Source: Thermoproteus sp.
GTDB lineage: Archaea > Thermoproteota > Thermoprotei > Thermoproteales > Thermoproteaceae
Reading direction: 5' to 3'
Length of the DNA: 64,000 nucleotides
Assembly (NCBI GenBank): GCA_049976425.1
Contig: JBMFIG010000005.1
Coordinates: 1 to 64,000 of the forward strand
The notes beneath the pieces are model-generated. The model was not told the origin of the DNA and searched no databases. It worked only from the letters and a program-made list of their open reading frames with translations. The position numbers and the translations under genes are program-made. Positions 49,800 through 60,125 of this stretch are shown piece by piece (the stretch's first letter is position 1; every line of letters starts with the position of its first letter).

Positions 49800-51584
49800 T
49801 CAGCTCTTGGCCTTTGCGATAAGGGCGTCGATCTCTGCCTTGAGACTCTCTATGAATTTGCCGAGCTCTCTCTCTACATCGTCGTTCTTGATCTCCATCC
49901 TCAGCCTGGGGAGGCGTTTGACCAGCTCGAGTTCTCTGAGGGCCGATGCCGGCACCCCGGCCTCTACGGCCTTCATTCCAGCCTCGTAGTATGTGTAGAT
50001 GGCCCTCATCAACAGGGCCTGTTTCTTGGGCATAGACGGAGTGTCGACGGGGTTGAAAGCGTCTTGTTTCAAGAAGCCCTCTCTTATTAGGAAGGCCGTG
50101 TTCAGGATATGCTTCTCCTGTTCGCTAAGGGCCTCTGTGCCGAGGATCCTGACGACCTCCTGCAACTCGGCCTCTCTGCTTAATATTGACTGGAAGACGT
50201 CTCTGATACGGCGCCAGTCGGGGTCGACGTTCTTAGCCCACCACTCCTGTACGGTCTCCACGTAGCGGGAGAACCCCATCAGCCAGTCTATCGCCGGATA
50301 GTGGCGCGAGTAGGCGAGGCGGGGGGACAGCGGCCAGAAAGCCCCTATGAAGCGCAGGGTGTTGGAGGTGACGGGCTCGGTGAAGTCGCCTCCGGGCGGG
50401 CTCACGGACGCTGCTATGGTCAGCGAGCCGACGCGCTCCTTGCTGCCTATGAGGACCACGCGGCCGGCGCGTTCGTAGAACTCGGCTAGACGCGTCGGCA
50501 GATAGGCGGGGTAGCCCTCCTCGCTCGGCATTTCGCCTATACGTAGAGCCACCTCCCTCATGGCCTCCGCCCATCTGCTCGTGGAATCGGCCGAGACCAA
50601 CACGTCGTAGCCCATATCGCGGAAGTACTCGCCTATAGCGGCGCCGGTGTATATGGACGCCTCCCTCGCCGCCACGGGCATGTTGGAGGTGTTCACTATT
50701 ATCGTGGTCCTCTCGAGCAACGACTTGCCCGTGTAGGGGTCCTTCAGCTTCAGCAAGCCCTGAAGCGCGTCGGCCGCCTCGTTCCCCCTCTCGCCGCAGA
50801 GCACAGGCACTATGACTCTGCTTTGGGCGTATAGGAAGAGCGTGCGTATGGTCACGGTCTTCCCCGAGCCGAAGGGTCCCGGTATGGCCGCGGCGCCGCC
50901 CTTAGCTATGGGGAACATGGTGTCTATGGTGCGCACGCCGGTGATCAAGGGCTCCACAGGCGGGAGCTTCTCGCGGAAGGGCCTGGGTCTGCGCACCGGC
51001 CATTTATGCCACATCTTGACCTCCACGACGCCTGACTTCGTCCGGATCCTGGCTATGACGTCGTCGACCTTGTATTTGCCTTCGGCTATCCACTCGACTA
51101 CTCCCGGCCCGTTGCCGGGCAGAGGCGGGTACATAATTCTATGTTCTATTAACGAGGTCTCCTGGACAGCCCCCAACACGTCGCCCGGTTGCACCTCCTC
51201 TCCCGCCTTGACGAGCGGCTTGAAGTCGTATTCGGCCTTGAGATCTAGAGGCGGAGCTCGGTCGTAGCCTATTCCCCTGGCCACAAACGGCGTATTGGTC
51301 ATCTCGAATATGGACTTCAGAGGCCTCTGGACGCCGTCGTATATCTTTCCCAGAATGCCCGGCCCAAGCCAAGCGCTTAGGGGCTCGCCGCTTCTGACCA
51401 CCGGCTCTCCGGGCTTTATCCCCGTAGTGTCCTCATACACCTGTATAAACGCCTTGTCTCCCTGTACCCTGACAACCTCGCCGAACAGCTTAAGCTCGCC
51501 GACGAACACGAGCTCGTAGAGCCTGGCGCCAGGCAGATCGGCCTTCACTACGGGTCCCGATATGTACTCTATACGCCCGCTCAT
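49800..51584 (-). CDS. atpA: A/V-type ATP synthase subunit A
   Basis: Motifs GPFGSGKTV, CGERGNE, NTSNMPVAAREA, EMPSEEGYPAYL and SPPGGDFTEPV. Confidence 0.97.
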   Translation of the reverse strand: MSGRIEYISGPVVKADLPGARLYELVFVGELKLFGEVVRVQGDKAFIQVYEDTTGIKPGEPVVRSGEPLSAWLGPGILGKIYDGVQRPLKSIFEMTNTPFVARGIGYDRAPPLDLKAEYDFKPLVKAGEEVQPGDVLGAVQETSLIEHRIMYPPLPGNGPGVVEWIAEGKYKVDDVIARIRTKSGVVEVKMWHKWPVRRPRPFREKLPPVEPLITGVRTIDTMFPIAKGGAAAIPGPFGSGKTVTIRTLFLYAQSRVIVPVLCGERGNEAADALQGLLKLKDPYTGKSLLERTTIIVNTSNMPVAAREASIYTGAAIGEYFRDMGYDVLVSADSTSRWAEAMREVALRIGEMPSEEGYPAYLPTRLAEFYERAGRVVLIGSKERVGSLTIAASVSPPGGDFTEPVTSNTLRFIGAFWPLSPRLAYSRHYPAIDWLMGFSRYVETVQEWWAKNVDPDWRRIRDVFQSILSREAELQEVVRILGTEALSEQEKHILNTAFLIREGFLKQDAFNPVDTPSMPKKQALLMRAIYTYYEAGMKAVEAGVPASALRELELVKRLPRLRMEIKNDDVERELGKFIESLKAEIDALIAKAKS

Positions 51585-52141
51585 AGCACCGACGCGACTG
51601 CCTTCTTTATCTCCTCTACGTTGGTCTCCAATAGGGTATCCAACGTCATATCGAGCACTATCGCTCCATCGCGCGAAGATGCGACGAGCCCTCCCGACAT
51701 ATCTCTGTCGACTACCTCGCCCTTTAAGCCATGCTTCCTCATCAATATAGTCAAGGTGTTCCTATCCTTAGGGGAGGAGTACACTATCATGTCCTCCCCA
51801 ATTATTTCTCTGGCCTTAAGAAGGGCATTCTCTAAAAATTTTATATATTTTTCATTTGTTCTATTCTTATCAATATAGTCAGTTATATCTTTTTTAATTT
51901 CCTTTAATATATCTTCGTATGTATTTGATATTATTTTTCTATTTTCAATAAGAGCTTCGTAAAGGATTCTTTCCCGCTCCAGCGTAACTTGGCTTTGTGC
52001 ATTGCTTATCTCTTCAGAGTATTTAGATAATAATTCATAGGATCTTTGTTTAATCTTGGTTTCAAGGTCGCTGAGAAGCTTCTGCTTTAGTTCTTCCAAT
52101 TCTCTTATGTGTTGGTTTATGAGATCCTCGAAAAGACTCAT
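51581..52141 (-). CDS. atpE: A/V-type ATP synthase subunit E
   Basis: N-terminal coiled coil and C-terminal GGLV.S.DG...D.T; coupled to atpA. Confidence 0.85.
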   Translation of the reverse strand: MSLFEDLINQHIRELEELKQKLLSDLETKIKQRSYELLSKYSEEISNAQSQVTLERERILYEALIENRKIISNTYEDILKEIKKDITDYIDKNRTNEKYIKFLENALLKAREIIGEDMIVYSSPKDRNTLTILMRKHGLKGEVVDRDMSGGLVASSRDGAIVLDMTLDTLLETNVEEIKKAVASVL

Positions 52142-52182
52142 GAAGGCCTTAAAGGCCCATTTTTAAAGTGTTTTCGGCGCCG

Positions 52183-52473
52183 CTATCCGCCTAGTATTTG
52201 GCGAACTAGCTGAAGATAGTTGACCTCCTTTTCCATATTCTCCAACACGCTGGGTATCTCCACGAATATCTTATTTGTATTTCTAAGTCTAAGCTCGTCT
52301 AGTTCTTTTCTAAGTTGTTTAGCGAAGTTAGATGAAATAAAAAATACATTATAAATATTAATATTTTTTAATATGTATTCATATAATTCTTTTGCATCAG
52401 TAAAAGCTCGTCCATCAAACCCCATTAACTTAAATAAATCGACAGTGTATCTGTCGCCGAGGACTATAGACAT
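52183..52473 (-). CDS. atpF: A/V-type ATP synthase subunit F
   Basis: Pattern LGDRYTVDLFKLMG...VEIP...LVRQILG. Confidence 0.85.
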   Translation of the reverse strand: MSIVLGDRYTVDLFKLMGFDGRAFTDAKELYEYILKNINIYNVFFISSNFAKQLRKELDELRLRNTNKIFVEIPSVLENMEKEVNYLQLVRQILGG

Positions 52474-52502
52474 GACGGCCAGCCCACACGTATTTTAAAG
52501 GA

Positions 52503-53006
52503 TTACCAAGGCTCTTTCTTCAGCCTCAGCCTATAAGCCGCTATATTGGTCGCTCTGTGGATGGCCGGCGTAATTATCACGGAAATAAATATAGCTGTTA
52601 TCGGTATCTGCGCGTATAGAGAGTAGACTAATAGAGACATGAGCAGAAAGTCTAGCTGGTCTAGGGGAAATGCAGGGTGTCCGCGTGGAAGGCACAACCT
52701 CCTTTTTATAAAGGCGCCGATCAGATCTCCTACGAGGGCCGACGCCGAGAGCACTGCCGCATCTCCAACGCTAAGGACGCTGTACAGCAGATTGGGCAAC
52801 CACCCTATGGTAGTGCCTAGCGCGAGCCCTATAGCAAAGCCCTCGAAGGTCTTCCCGTCGCCAAATATTCTAGAGCCGCGCCAACTCCTGCCTAAGTCTA
52901 TCGGATGCCTTCTTGGCAGAGCCGAGGCCAGCACGGCCAGCCCGTTGGCCACGTAGGGAGGCCATATAAGCACTAGCGAATATGCCAGTAGTTGCAGTAT
53001 ACTCAT
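52503..53006 (-). CDS. carS: CDP-archaeol synthase
   Basis: Motifs PPYVANG, PID.G, GDGKT.EG, GD..GAFIKRR, DQLDF and K.EPW. Confidence 0.92.
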   Translation of the reverse strand: MSILQLLAYSLVLIWPPYVANGLAVLASALPRRHPIDLGRSWRGSRIFGDGKTFEGFAIGLALGTTIGWLPNLLYSVLSVGDAAVLSASALVGDLIGAFIKRRLCLPRGHPAFPLDQLDFLLMSLLVYSLYAQIPITAIFISVIITPAIHRATNIAAYRLRLKKEPW

Positions 53007-53323
53007 TCGTGTGTCCTCATTATATGCGTGAACAAGCTCTCGCGGTCGACGAACTCCCTGCCGCAGACGCCGCAGAAATATCTACTGCCTTCGCCTATCG
53101 CGAAATGACTACGTATATGGCTTCTTATATCGGTCTTCTTTACTTTGGCATTACATATTCCGCAGATGGCGTCGTTGCCCGAGAATTTCACGTGCTTCAT
53201 GTAGTGCGACACTGCGTCGTCCCAAGTTATCCGGGCGCCGCATATGGTGCATTTATATTCAGGAGACGCCACGAGATATCCATCCCCCTTACCTTGACAT
53301 ATTAAGCAGACCTCGCCGGGCAT
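53003..53323 (-). CDS. Tandem C2H2 zinc finger protein
   Basis: Three CxxC-x11/12-H-x3/4-H units plus an N-terminal CxxC. Confidence 0.8.
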   Translation of the reverse strand: MPGEVCLICQGKGDGYLVASPEYKCTICGARITWDDAVSHYMKHVKFSGNDAICGICNAKVKKTDIRSHIRSHFAIGEGSRYFCGVCGREFVDRESLFTHIMRTHE

Positions 53324-53369
53324 GCGGGCAGAGGGAGGAGCTTTTATTAAATTTGACGCCCGGCCCTAT

Positions 53370-53843
53370 GTGTTCGGTATAGCCATGCCCGACTGGAGGG
53401 ACGGCGTAATAGCCGTGGTCAAGGCGGACGAGTCGGTTGACGACGCGGTCAGATACATAATGTCGTCGTGCGGAGTCTCTACCCTAGACATAGCAGAGTT
53501 GCCTAGATATAAACTATCATGTATAGAAACTCTTCTAAGAAATTATAGATATGAATCAATAATATATATTACAGATATCTACGGAATAGTAAATAAAATA
53601 GCGCTAGAAAGCGGCATAAGCCGTTCTATCCTCTTTAACGAAGCGTGGTCCTATCTATCCAAGCATATCTGTAGCGGGATCGACTCGGCTCAATGCGACG
53701 GCGAGGTTAGGCTGCCGTGTTGTAAGTCCAATTGCGGCGCCTTGTGCGAACTGGCTAAGCTGGAGGCGCATATGCGGCGCGGGGTTGTGGTAGATCTGAC
53801 GAGGAAATTGGCTGAGGCCTTAGGCGTATCTCAGAACCTCTAG
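53370..53843 (+). CDS. Hypothetical Cys-containing protein
   Basis: Open frame with GTG about 20 nt after TTTATTAAA and a C-terminal Cys cluster. Confidence 0.65.
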   Translation: MFGIAMPDWRDGVIAVVKADESVDDAVRYIMSSCGVSTLDIAELPRYKLSCIETLLRNYRYESIIYITDIYGIVNKIALESGISRSILFNEAWSYLSKHICSGIDSAQCDGEVRLPCCKSNCGALCELAKLEAHMRRGVVVDLTRKLAEALGVSQNL

Positions 53844-55412
53844 GCGTTTCTCGCTCCACTTAGCCCTCAACATCTCCTTATAGCGCTCGATGTCGGCCTC
53901 GGCCTTATCAAGCCTTTTCTCGACATAATTTATGAAGTAATTAGTTAATAATCTAATAGGCGCGTAGTGGATGCCCTTGAAGTAGAACTTGTTGACTATA
54001 TCGCGAGCCCAGAAGATAGAGTGTTTGGCGACCACCTTCAAGAGATCTATGTGTTCTGGGTAGAGGTTCATCTTGTCCAGCCACCCAGTCTTCTCGGCCT
54101 TGACGTGGCTCATGGGCACGTAGAACAACGGGACTATCAGAGATCTGTAGGGCTTGAGCCTTTCTATCAGCTCTATCGTCTGGACCACGTCGTCCGGCAG
54201 CTCGCCGGGGAGGCCGACTATGAGGGTCACTGCAGGTATTAGCCTGAGCTCGTGCATTATGGCCATGGACTCTTCAACTATGTCGTGCCACTGCTCTATC
54301 TTATAGGGCGCCGCCTTGCCGGGCATTATCTGTTTGGCCACCCTAATAGAGCCAGTCTCTAGCCCTATTTCGGCGCCCCACCAGTCCTGATGCTCGTCTT
54401 TTATTATATCGGCTATCTTCGTCATGAGCTTTCCGTACTTCTTCTCGGCCAACAAGACGGCTACGAAGGTTGTGTGGCTCCACCCCACTTTTCTGTAATA
54501 CTTCTTAGCCAACTTGTGTAGCTCTATAAGCGCCGTGGGGTTCAGCTCCACCCCGTTAGAGCCGTAGAGCGGCACCTCGTCCGAGTGCAGTATGCCGTCG
54601 ACGACGCCGGCCCTCGCGTTTACCTTCAACTCCTCCTCGATCTTGCTGAGGGGATACCACCTCAGAGGCCTCAGAGTGACCGAACAGAAGGCGCAACCTC
54701 TGGGGCACCCCCTGCCTATCTCGACCAGGCCGTTTATGGAGGCTCCCTTGATCGTGGAAATCTCTTCCACGCTCGGAGCCTCGGAGGCCCCTACGTAGAC
54801 GTACCTCGGCGGGGTCTTCCCCTCAAGCGCGTTCTTGACGACCTCGACTATAAGCTTCTCCCCCTCCCCGTCGAATATGGTGTCTATGCCCCAGCGCTCT
54901 ACCAAGTCGGGGTAGTAGAGCCACTGCCAAGCCGCCGGCCCTCCGACCATAACCTTTAGGCCGCTCGCCCTCTTGGCCTCCCATATATCTCCCTCTATCC
55001 GCTCCATGAACTTCCTGAAGAGATACGCGTTAAGGGTCTCCTTGCCCAATATCACCCCCCATGTGCTTGACGGCGGATTTACTCCGAAGTAGTCGTGGTG
55101 GCTCAACATCAAGATCTTGGCGCTCTTGAGATATCGCGGGACGTAGTCTGGATCTATTATGGCGGCGTTTATACCTGCGTCGAGCAACTTCGCCTCTATT
55201 TTCCTCATGCCGTAGGGCGCCTGTATGGGCCTCCCCATCTTGTCCGTCTTTATCTTGGGGGCGAAGAGAAAGGTGTGGAACTTCTCGGAGAGGCCGAAGG
55301 GGAGCTCGACGAATACAGGGCCAGTGGTGCCGAACCCCAAAAACTCCTTCCCGTGATAGTTGCTCATCATGCCCCTGTCTGTGGTCAATATCACGTCAAA
55401 GCCCATAACCAC
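53820..55412 (-). CDS. Radical SAM protein (B12-binding/class B-like)
   Basis: Motifs APYGMRK.EA, VGGP, GEGE, RGCPRGCAFC, GLETGS and GLPGE. Confidence 0.88.
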   Translation of the reverse strand: MVMGFDVILTTDRGMMSNYHGKEFLGFGTTGPVFVELPFGLSEKFHTFLFAPKIKTDKMGRPIQAPYGMRKIEAKLLDAGINAAIIDPDYVPRYLKSAKILMLSHHDYFGVNPPSSTWGVILGKETLNAYLFRKFMERIEGDIWEAKRASGLKVMVGGPAAWQWLYYPDLVERWGIDTIFDGEGEKLIVEVVKNALEGKTPPRYVYVGASEAPSVEEISTIKGASINGLVEIGRGCPRGCAFCSVTLRPLRWYPLSKIEEELKVNARAGVVDGILHSDEVPLYGSNGVELNPTALIELHKLAKKYYRKVGWSHTTFVAVLLAEKKYGKLMTKIADIIKDEHQDWWGAEIGLETGSIRVAKQIMPGKAAPYKIEQWHDIVEESMAIMHELRLIPAVTLIVGLPGELPDDVVQTIELIERLKPYRSLIVPLFYVPMSHVKAEKTGWLDKMNLYPEHIDLLKVVAKHSIFWARDIVNKFYFKGIHYAPIRLLTNYFINYVEKRLDKAEADIERYKEMLRAKWSEKRLEVLRYA

Positions 55413-55454
55413 ATGCCGATGTGACGATTTAAAGCATTACTGGCGTAGATCGCG

Positions 55455-56078
55455 GTGGACGTGCTGGAGCTACGCCCCGTAGATAGGAGGGAGATGGAGG
55501 AGGTGCTCGCGGCTTTGAGGGAGTTCGGCGCAATGCCGGTCGACATCGTCCTTATATTCGCCGATAGGGATTCTGCAAGAGAGCTGGCAGGAGCTGATGT
55601 GGAGACCGTCAAGGCTATTGAGCGCGAGGGCCATTACGTATTGGTTTTGGTGAGGCCCGATAAGCTATCTCTGTGGCGCGAGCTGGCCGCCATAAGCGCG
55701 TTGAACGATGTAGATGCGGTATCCATATGGGCGCGGCCTGAACACGTAGGCGGCGAGCTCGCGGAGTTGTTATCGATAGCACTATATAGGCGTGTGGTGG
55801 ACCTATATATAGCGCGGAGGGACGTCCAACTGCTGGCGAGCTCCTTCAATCCACAGGACATGCCGGTGGAGGCTGACGACGTGAAGAGGTCTCTTGTATA
55901 CACGCTGGCCCTAGACGCCACCGTCAGCATCGCGGTTGCCGGCTTTAGAAGCCTCGCCGAGGAGCTCTATCTGCGCGTTAAGAGGGTCCCGATATATGAT
56001 CTTTACAGTAGATTTAGAAATTTCGTTATAAACAACTTTAAATTCGAATATATATATAATTATTTATCCCTTATTTAG
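55455..56078 (+). CDS. Hypothetical protein
   Basis: 207 aa; GTG about 22 nt after TTTAAA. Confidence 0.7.
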   Translation: MDVLELRPVDRREMEEVLAALREFGAMPVDIVLIFADRDSARELAGADVETVKAIEREGHYVLVLVRPDKLSLWRELAAISALNDVDAVSIWARPEHVGGELAELLSIALYRRVVDLYIARRDVQLLASSFNPQDMPVEADDVKRSLVYTLALDATVSIAVAGFRSLAEELYLRVKRVPIYDLYSRFRNFVINNFKFEYIYNYLSLI

Positions 56079-57088
56079 TCCGTTAGGCCCTCCTCCGTTA
56101 TCTTGAACGTAGCTTCGCGCTCGGGGTGGTAGGGCGAGTCGAAGATCTTCGCTATTCTTATATTCTCCTTGCTCTTCCTAAGCCATATGCGGTAGGTCGC
56201 TCCGTGGGCCAGCACGTTGCCTCCGGCGGGCCTCAGCGGGTTGCCGAAGAACACGTCGGGCTGGGCCATCACCTGGTTGGTCACCACCACCGCCACGTCG
56301 TAGGCGTCGGCTATCTTCAAGAGGTCGGCTATGTGTTTGTTGAGCTTCTGTTGCCTCTCGGCGAGGTTCTCCCTGCCCGGAAACTCGGCGCGGAAATGTG
56401 CCACTATAGAATCGACCACTAATAGCTTTACATTATCTTGTTTTATGATACGCCTCGCCTGCTCGACCAAGATCATCTGGTGGTCGGACGAGTAGGCCCT
56501 AGCGTAGTATATGTTCTTGAGCGCCTGGTCGGGGTCGAGCCCGCGCGCTCTAGCCATCTGGGTTATGCGCTCCGGGCGGAAGGTGTTCTCCGTATCTATG
56601 TATATGGCCTTGGCGTTGAGCCCGCCCCTGTCCTCCGGCAACTGCACCATGACGGCCAGCTGGTGGCAGAACTGCGTCTTCCCGGCGCCGAACTCGCCCG
56701 CTACCTCGGTCACCGCGCCCGTCTCCACGCCTCCGTTCAACAGCTCGTCGAGGGAGCGGACCCCTGTGGATATGCGTTTTATATTGACGCGTTTTCTATA
56801 TACGTCTAGAGCCGATATGAAGCTGGACAGCCCCAGCATGCTCCTGGCAGCCTCTATTATCTGGGCCGCCCTCTCCTCGTTGCCTATAATATCGGCGATC
56901 TCCTTGACGGATGCGAAGGCGAGGTCCCTCACTGTGTAATAACCCCTCTCTTTAAGCTTCTGGCCAGTCACCTTGCCGATACCCTCCAGCTCCTCTACGT
57001 CTAGCTCGGCCTGCTTCTCCGAGGGCCGCTCCACTACCTCCACCTCGGCCTCCTCCGGCGCCTCCTCTCTCCTCCTCGGCCTCGGCAC
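56075..57088 (-). CDS. radA: DNA repair and recombination protein RadA
   Basis: HhH N-domain, then [31 protein letters not shown] and GGNVLAH. Confidence 0.97.
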   Translation of the reverse strand: MPRPRRREEAPEEAEVEVVERPSEKQAELDVEELEGIGKVTGQKLKERGYYTVRDLAFASVKEIADIIGNEERAAQIIEAARSMLGLSSFISALDVYRKRVNIKRISTGVRSLDELLNGGVETGAVTEVAGEFGAGKTQFCHQLAVMVQLPEDRGGLNAKAIYIDTENTFRPERITQMARARGLDPDQALKNIYYARAYSSDHQMILVEQARRIIKQDNVKLLVVDSIVAHFRAEFPGRENLAERQQKLNKHIADLLKIADAYDVAVVVTNQVMAQPDVFFGNPLRPAGGNVLAHGATYRIWLRKSKENIRIAKIFDSPYHPEREATFKITEEGLTD

Positions 57089-57116
57089 GTCTTAAATACT
57101 GGTCCGAACAATATAA

Positions 57117-57171
57117 ACTTGATGGAGAGCCTGCTGGCGCCGATAGGTGAGGCCGGGGTCAGGGACTGACA
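57117..57171 (+). ncRNA. Probable box C/D sRNA
   Basis: TTGATGG(A)-GAGCCTGCTGGCG-CCGA-TAG-GTGAGG-CCGGGGTCAGGGA-CTGA, with CTTAAATA about 22 nt upstream. The C and C' boxes are non-consensus. Confidence 0.55.
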
Positions 57172-57195
57172 ATATATTACGGACTACTCCAGTAC

Positions 57196-58023
57196 GTGGC
57201 GCTCAGAAATCTCCTCAGAGGCGTGATACCGGAGGATTTATTGACTCTGGTACCCTCGTCCTTCGACATAATAGGATCTAGGCAAGGGGCCGTGGCGATA
57301 ATAGAACTACCGGACGAGCTCGAGCCGTACAAGGTCGAGATAGCCGAGGCCATTAGGAAGCTGAACAAGAACATAGGCGCCGTGATAAGGCGGAGGGGGG
57401 CGAGATCGGGGCCCTATAGGCTATACAACTACGAGATATTGATAGAAGGCCCTACCGAGGTTATACATAAGGAACATGGATATTTTATAAAGGTAGATCC
57501 TACTAAGGTATATTTCTCCCCTAGAGATCAAAGCGACAGGGCCGAGCTGGCCGATATGGTCCAGGACGGCGAGCGGGTGCTCTACCTATTCGCCGGCGTC
57601 GGGCCGTACGCGGTGGCCATAGCCAAGAGGCGGAAAGTGCGCTGGATATACGCAGTGGAGCTGAACCCGTGGGGTCTCAAGTACATGATCGACAATGTCA
57701 GGATAAACAAGCTGACCTCGGTGGTGCCTATCAGGGCCGACGTGGCTGACTTCTGCTCGGCCTTCGCCGCAAAGGCAGATAGGGTTTTGATGACATTGCC
57801 GCTGGGCGCAAAGGATCACTTAGATGTAGCTCTCCGTTGTGTCGAGGACGGAGGGTATTTGCATTTCTACCATACAGGCCCCGAGGAGGATCCGTTCCGC
57901 GAGGCCGAGGAGCTGGTCAAGTCGTTGTGCGCCGGATGTTGTATCGTAGGTAGGAAGGTCGTGAGGGACTACGCCCCCCACATATACAAAATAAGGATCG
58001 ACGTGAGGGTCAGAAGAACCTAG
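57196..58023 (+). CDS. Trm5/Taw2-family SAM-dependent tRNA-modifying transferase
   Basis: Motifs SFDIIG, HKEHG..KVD..KVYFSPR, LFAGVGPY, ELNP and DRVLM.LP. Confidence 0.87.
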   Translation: MALRNLLRGVIPEDLLTLVPSSFDIIGSRQGAVAIIELPDELEPYKVEIAEAIRKLNKNIGAVIRRRGARSGPYRLYNYEILIEGPTEVIHKEHGYFIKVDPTKVYFSPRDQSDRAELADMVQDGERVLYLFAGVGPYAVAIAKRRKVRWIYAVELNPWGLKYMIDNVRINKLTSVVPIRADVADFCSAFAAKADRVLMTLPLGAKDHLDVALRCVEDGGYLHFYHTGPEEDPFREAEELVKSLCAGCCIVGRKVVRDYAPHIYKIRIDVRVRRT

Positions 58024-58504
58024 GGGTCTCCTGACCTCCCCTCCTCCTCTCTCCGCTCTCGCCTTGTCCGTGTCCGCTCCTCTGCATTATGTATAGGGTC
58101 ATGACCTCGGGGACTCGGCCCTCCTTAGCGTATTTGGCCAACAGATCGCGGTACTCCGACGTGTGGTCTATATCTACTTGTATGAACTTCACGGCAACCT
58201 CGCGCAACATGCCCTCTAGTCGTCTGAGCATGTCAAGCGGCATTATCGCGGTCACGAGGGGGTTGTTCAGCCACGACTCGAAGTCCTTCAACACGCGGCC
58301 TATATACCCCAGCATGGCCTGGGCCGAGTAGAGCAGAGTCAGCCTATCCGCAGCCTCCATGACCTTGCCGTGGGCTTCCAGATCGTTCACTATCCGTCTC
58401 TGCTCCTTGACCCACTGCTCCAGCCGCTCCATCATGCTCTCCAGGTAGTCCATTATCGGCTCTGAGGCCGGTACATCCGACATGTACACCACCTCGTCCG
58501 ACAT
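58010..58504 (-). CDS. DUF2153-family crenarchaeal protein
   Basis: Pattern LEQWVKEQ...DRL.L.....FESWL.NP....D.DHTS. Confidence 0.75.
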   Translation of the reverse strand: MSDEVVYMSDVPASEPIMDYLESMMERLEQWVKEQRRIVNDLEAHGKVMEAADRLTLLYSAQAMLGYIGRVLKDFESWLNNPLVTAIMPLDMLRRLEGMLREVAVKFIQVDIDHTSEYRDLLAKYAKEGRVPEVMTLYIMQRSGHGQGESGERRRGGQETPRFF

Positions 58505-58529
58505 TAATAAAGTTATGTCTCCGCCGGGG

Positions 58530-60125
58530 TTAAAGGAGCGAGGCGAGCAATAGAGGGGCCAATATCAAATAGACCACCATCAACACGCCCAGTCTCTTGT
58601 AGCTCTCCACGACGCTTCTTATCTTGGCGAAATTAGGCCCGAACACGTCCGCCTCGACCTCTACCTCTCTATAGGCCGCTCTCTTAGCCCCGAGAGAGCT
58701 CTCGGCGGCGGCGACGGCCTTGTTGACTAGCTTGAAGAGCTCCTCGCGCCTTATGCCGGAGCCGACCACTCTGTAGCCGCCTCCGCCTACGCCCATGCCG
58801 GTCGACGCGTGCGTATCCGTAGTAATCGCCTCGACCAAGGCATAGGCTTTGCCGAACCTATCCTGTAGCTCCCTATAGAACGAGCCGTCCATGTTGTTTC
58901 CGTCGAATATCAACAGAAGGCTCTTCTGCCCGTCGCACTCGGCGACCACAGCGGCGACTCCGCCCGCTCCTAGCTCAAGCCTTAGCGGATCCACGAGCGA
59001 GGAGTCGGCTCTGCCTATCCCCACCTTGAATTCTCGGCAACTCTCGGGTTTCGCAACGACGTCAAGCGCCTTCTGGAGAGACGACACGTCCTCGTCGCTC
59101 CATTTGAGGGGGCCGTCGAACTTGTTCTGGGCGTCTACGATAACATAGCCCTTTGCGTCCACCTTCTGCGCCACGTCCAGAGGCACGTCGTCAGAGGCCG
59201 AGCTGACTCTAGATATTATCGCCAACGGCGGGCCGACGCCCAGCGAGTAGGTAGTCAGCCTCACATCGCCGACTTCCAGCCTCTGAGGCCTCACGCCCCT
59301 TAACGCGTCCTCCGCCTGCATCGAGGAGGCTACCCTAAATATCTCGCCGACTATCTTCTCGACGTCATCCGACGATACGGGGTCCCGCTCGTGGCTACCG
59401 ACGCCGTGGATAAACACCACATCGTAGCCGCTTCTGAGTCCCCTAGCCACCAGCTTCTCCACAAGGATACCCCCTCCGACGTTCCTAAAAGGCCCGGGAT
59501 GAAAGTCCGAGACTACTATCAGATGCCTCCTCCCGCCCTCTATGAGATATAGATGGATTTTTCCGCGGTCTCTAACTCCCAGAGGCTTGAAGACGTGGTC
59601 GAACATGCCCTCGGCGGAGACCGAGGAGTAAAGAAAGCTACTCAACATGCACAGCGCATCGCCGCCTTTAACCCTACCCGCCAGATATCTCTTCAACAGG
59701 GGCATAGACACGGCGTAGGCCGCGGCAACTGCGGCTAGCGCGTAGTCGTGCAGGTAAAGGTAGTATAGAGGCGTCAGTACCATGGGCACTAGATATACCC
59801 TATCTCTGCAACGCAGAGACATAGACATGGAAGAGGCCACGACGGAAGAGATGAGTAGATAATGCAGAGGCGGCTTTTCGAGGATTAGATCAAACAGAGC
59901 GCCGAGGCCCAGGGCGAACGAGGTGACCTTGAACACGCCGGTCCGCGTCCACAAGCGGCGTCCGACAAAAAAGAAAAATAGGTAAAATAGTAAAAATGAT
60001 ATTATATATAATGCATTTCTTTTAATAATAATAGTAATTAATATAACTGTAAATAAAATATATGACAGTATACTTGGCGCCTCATTGAAGACGTTGCTGT
60101 ACACCTCCTCGAACGTCCTCTTCAT
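58530..60125 (-). CDS. DUF2070-family membrane protein
   Basis: N-terminal TM helices, then HPGPFRNVGG, HG.GSHE.D, VDAQN, DGNNM and TTDTH. Confidence 0.82.
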   Translation of the reverse strand: MKRTFEEVYSNVFNEAPSILSYILFTVILITIIIKRNALYIISFLLFYLFFFFVGRRLWTRTGVFKVTSFALGLGALFDLILEKPPLHYLLISSVVASSMSMSLRCRDRVYLVPMVLTPLYYLYLHDYALAAVAAAYAVSMPLLKRYLAGRVKGGDALCMLSSFLYSSVSAEGMFDHVFKPLGVRDRGKIHLYLIEGGRRHLIVVSDFHPGPFRNVGGGILVEKLVARGLRSGYDVVFIHGVGSHERDPVSSDDVEKIVGEIFRVASSMQAEDALRGVRPQRLEVGDVRLTTYSLGVGPPLAIISRVSSASDDVPLDVAQKVDAKGYVIVDAQNKFDGPLKWSDEDVSSLQKALDVVAKPESCREFKVGIGRADSSLVDPLRLELGAGGVAAVVAECDGQKSLLLIFDGNNMDGSFYRELQDRFGKAYALVEAITTDTHASTGMGVGGGGYRVVGSGIRREELFKLVNKAVAAAESSLGAKRAAYREVEVEADVFGPNFAKIRSVVESYKRLGVLMVVYLILAPLLLASLL

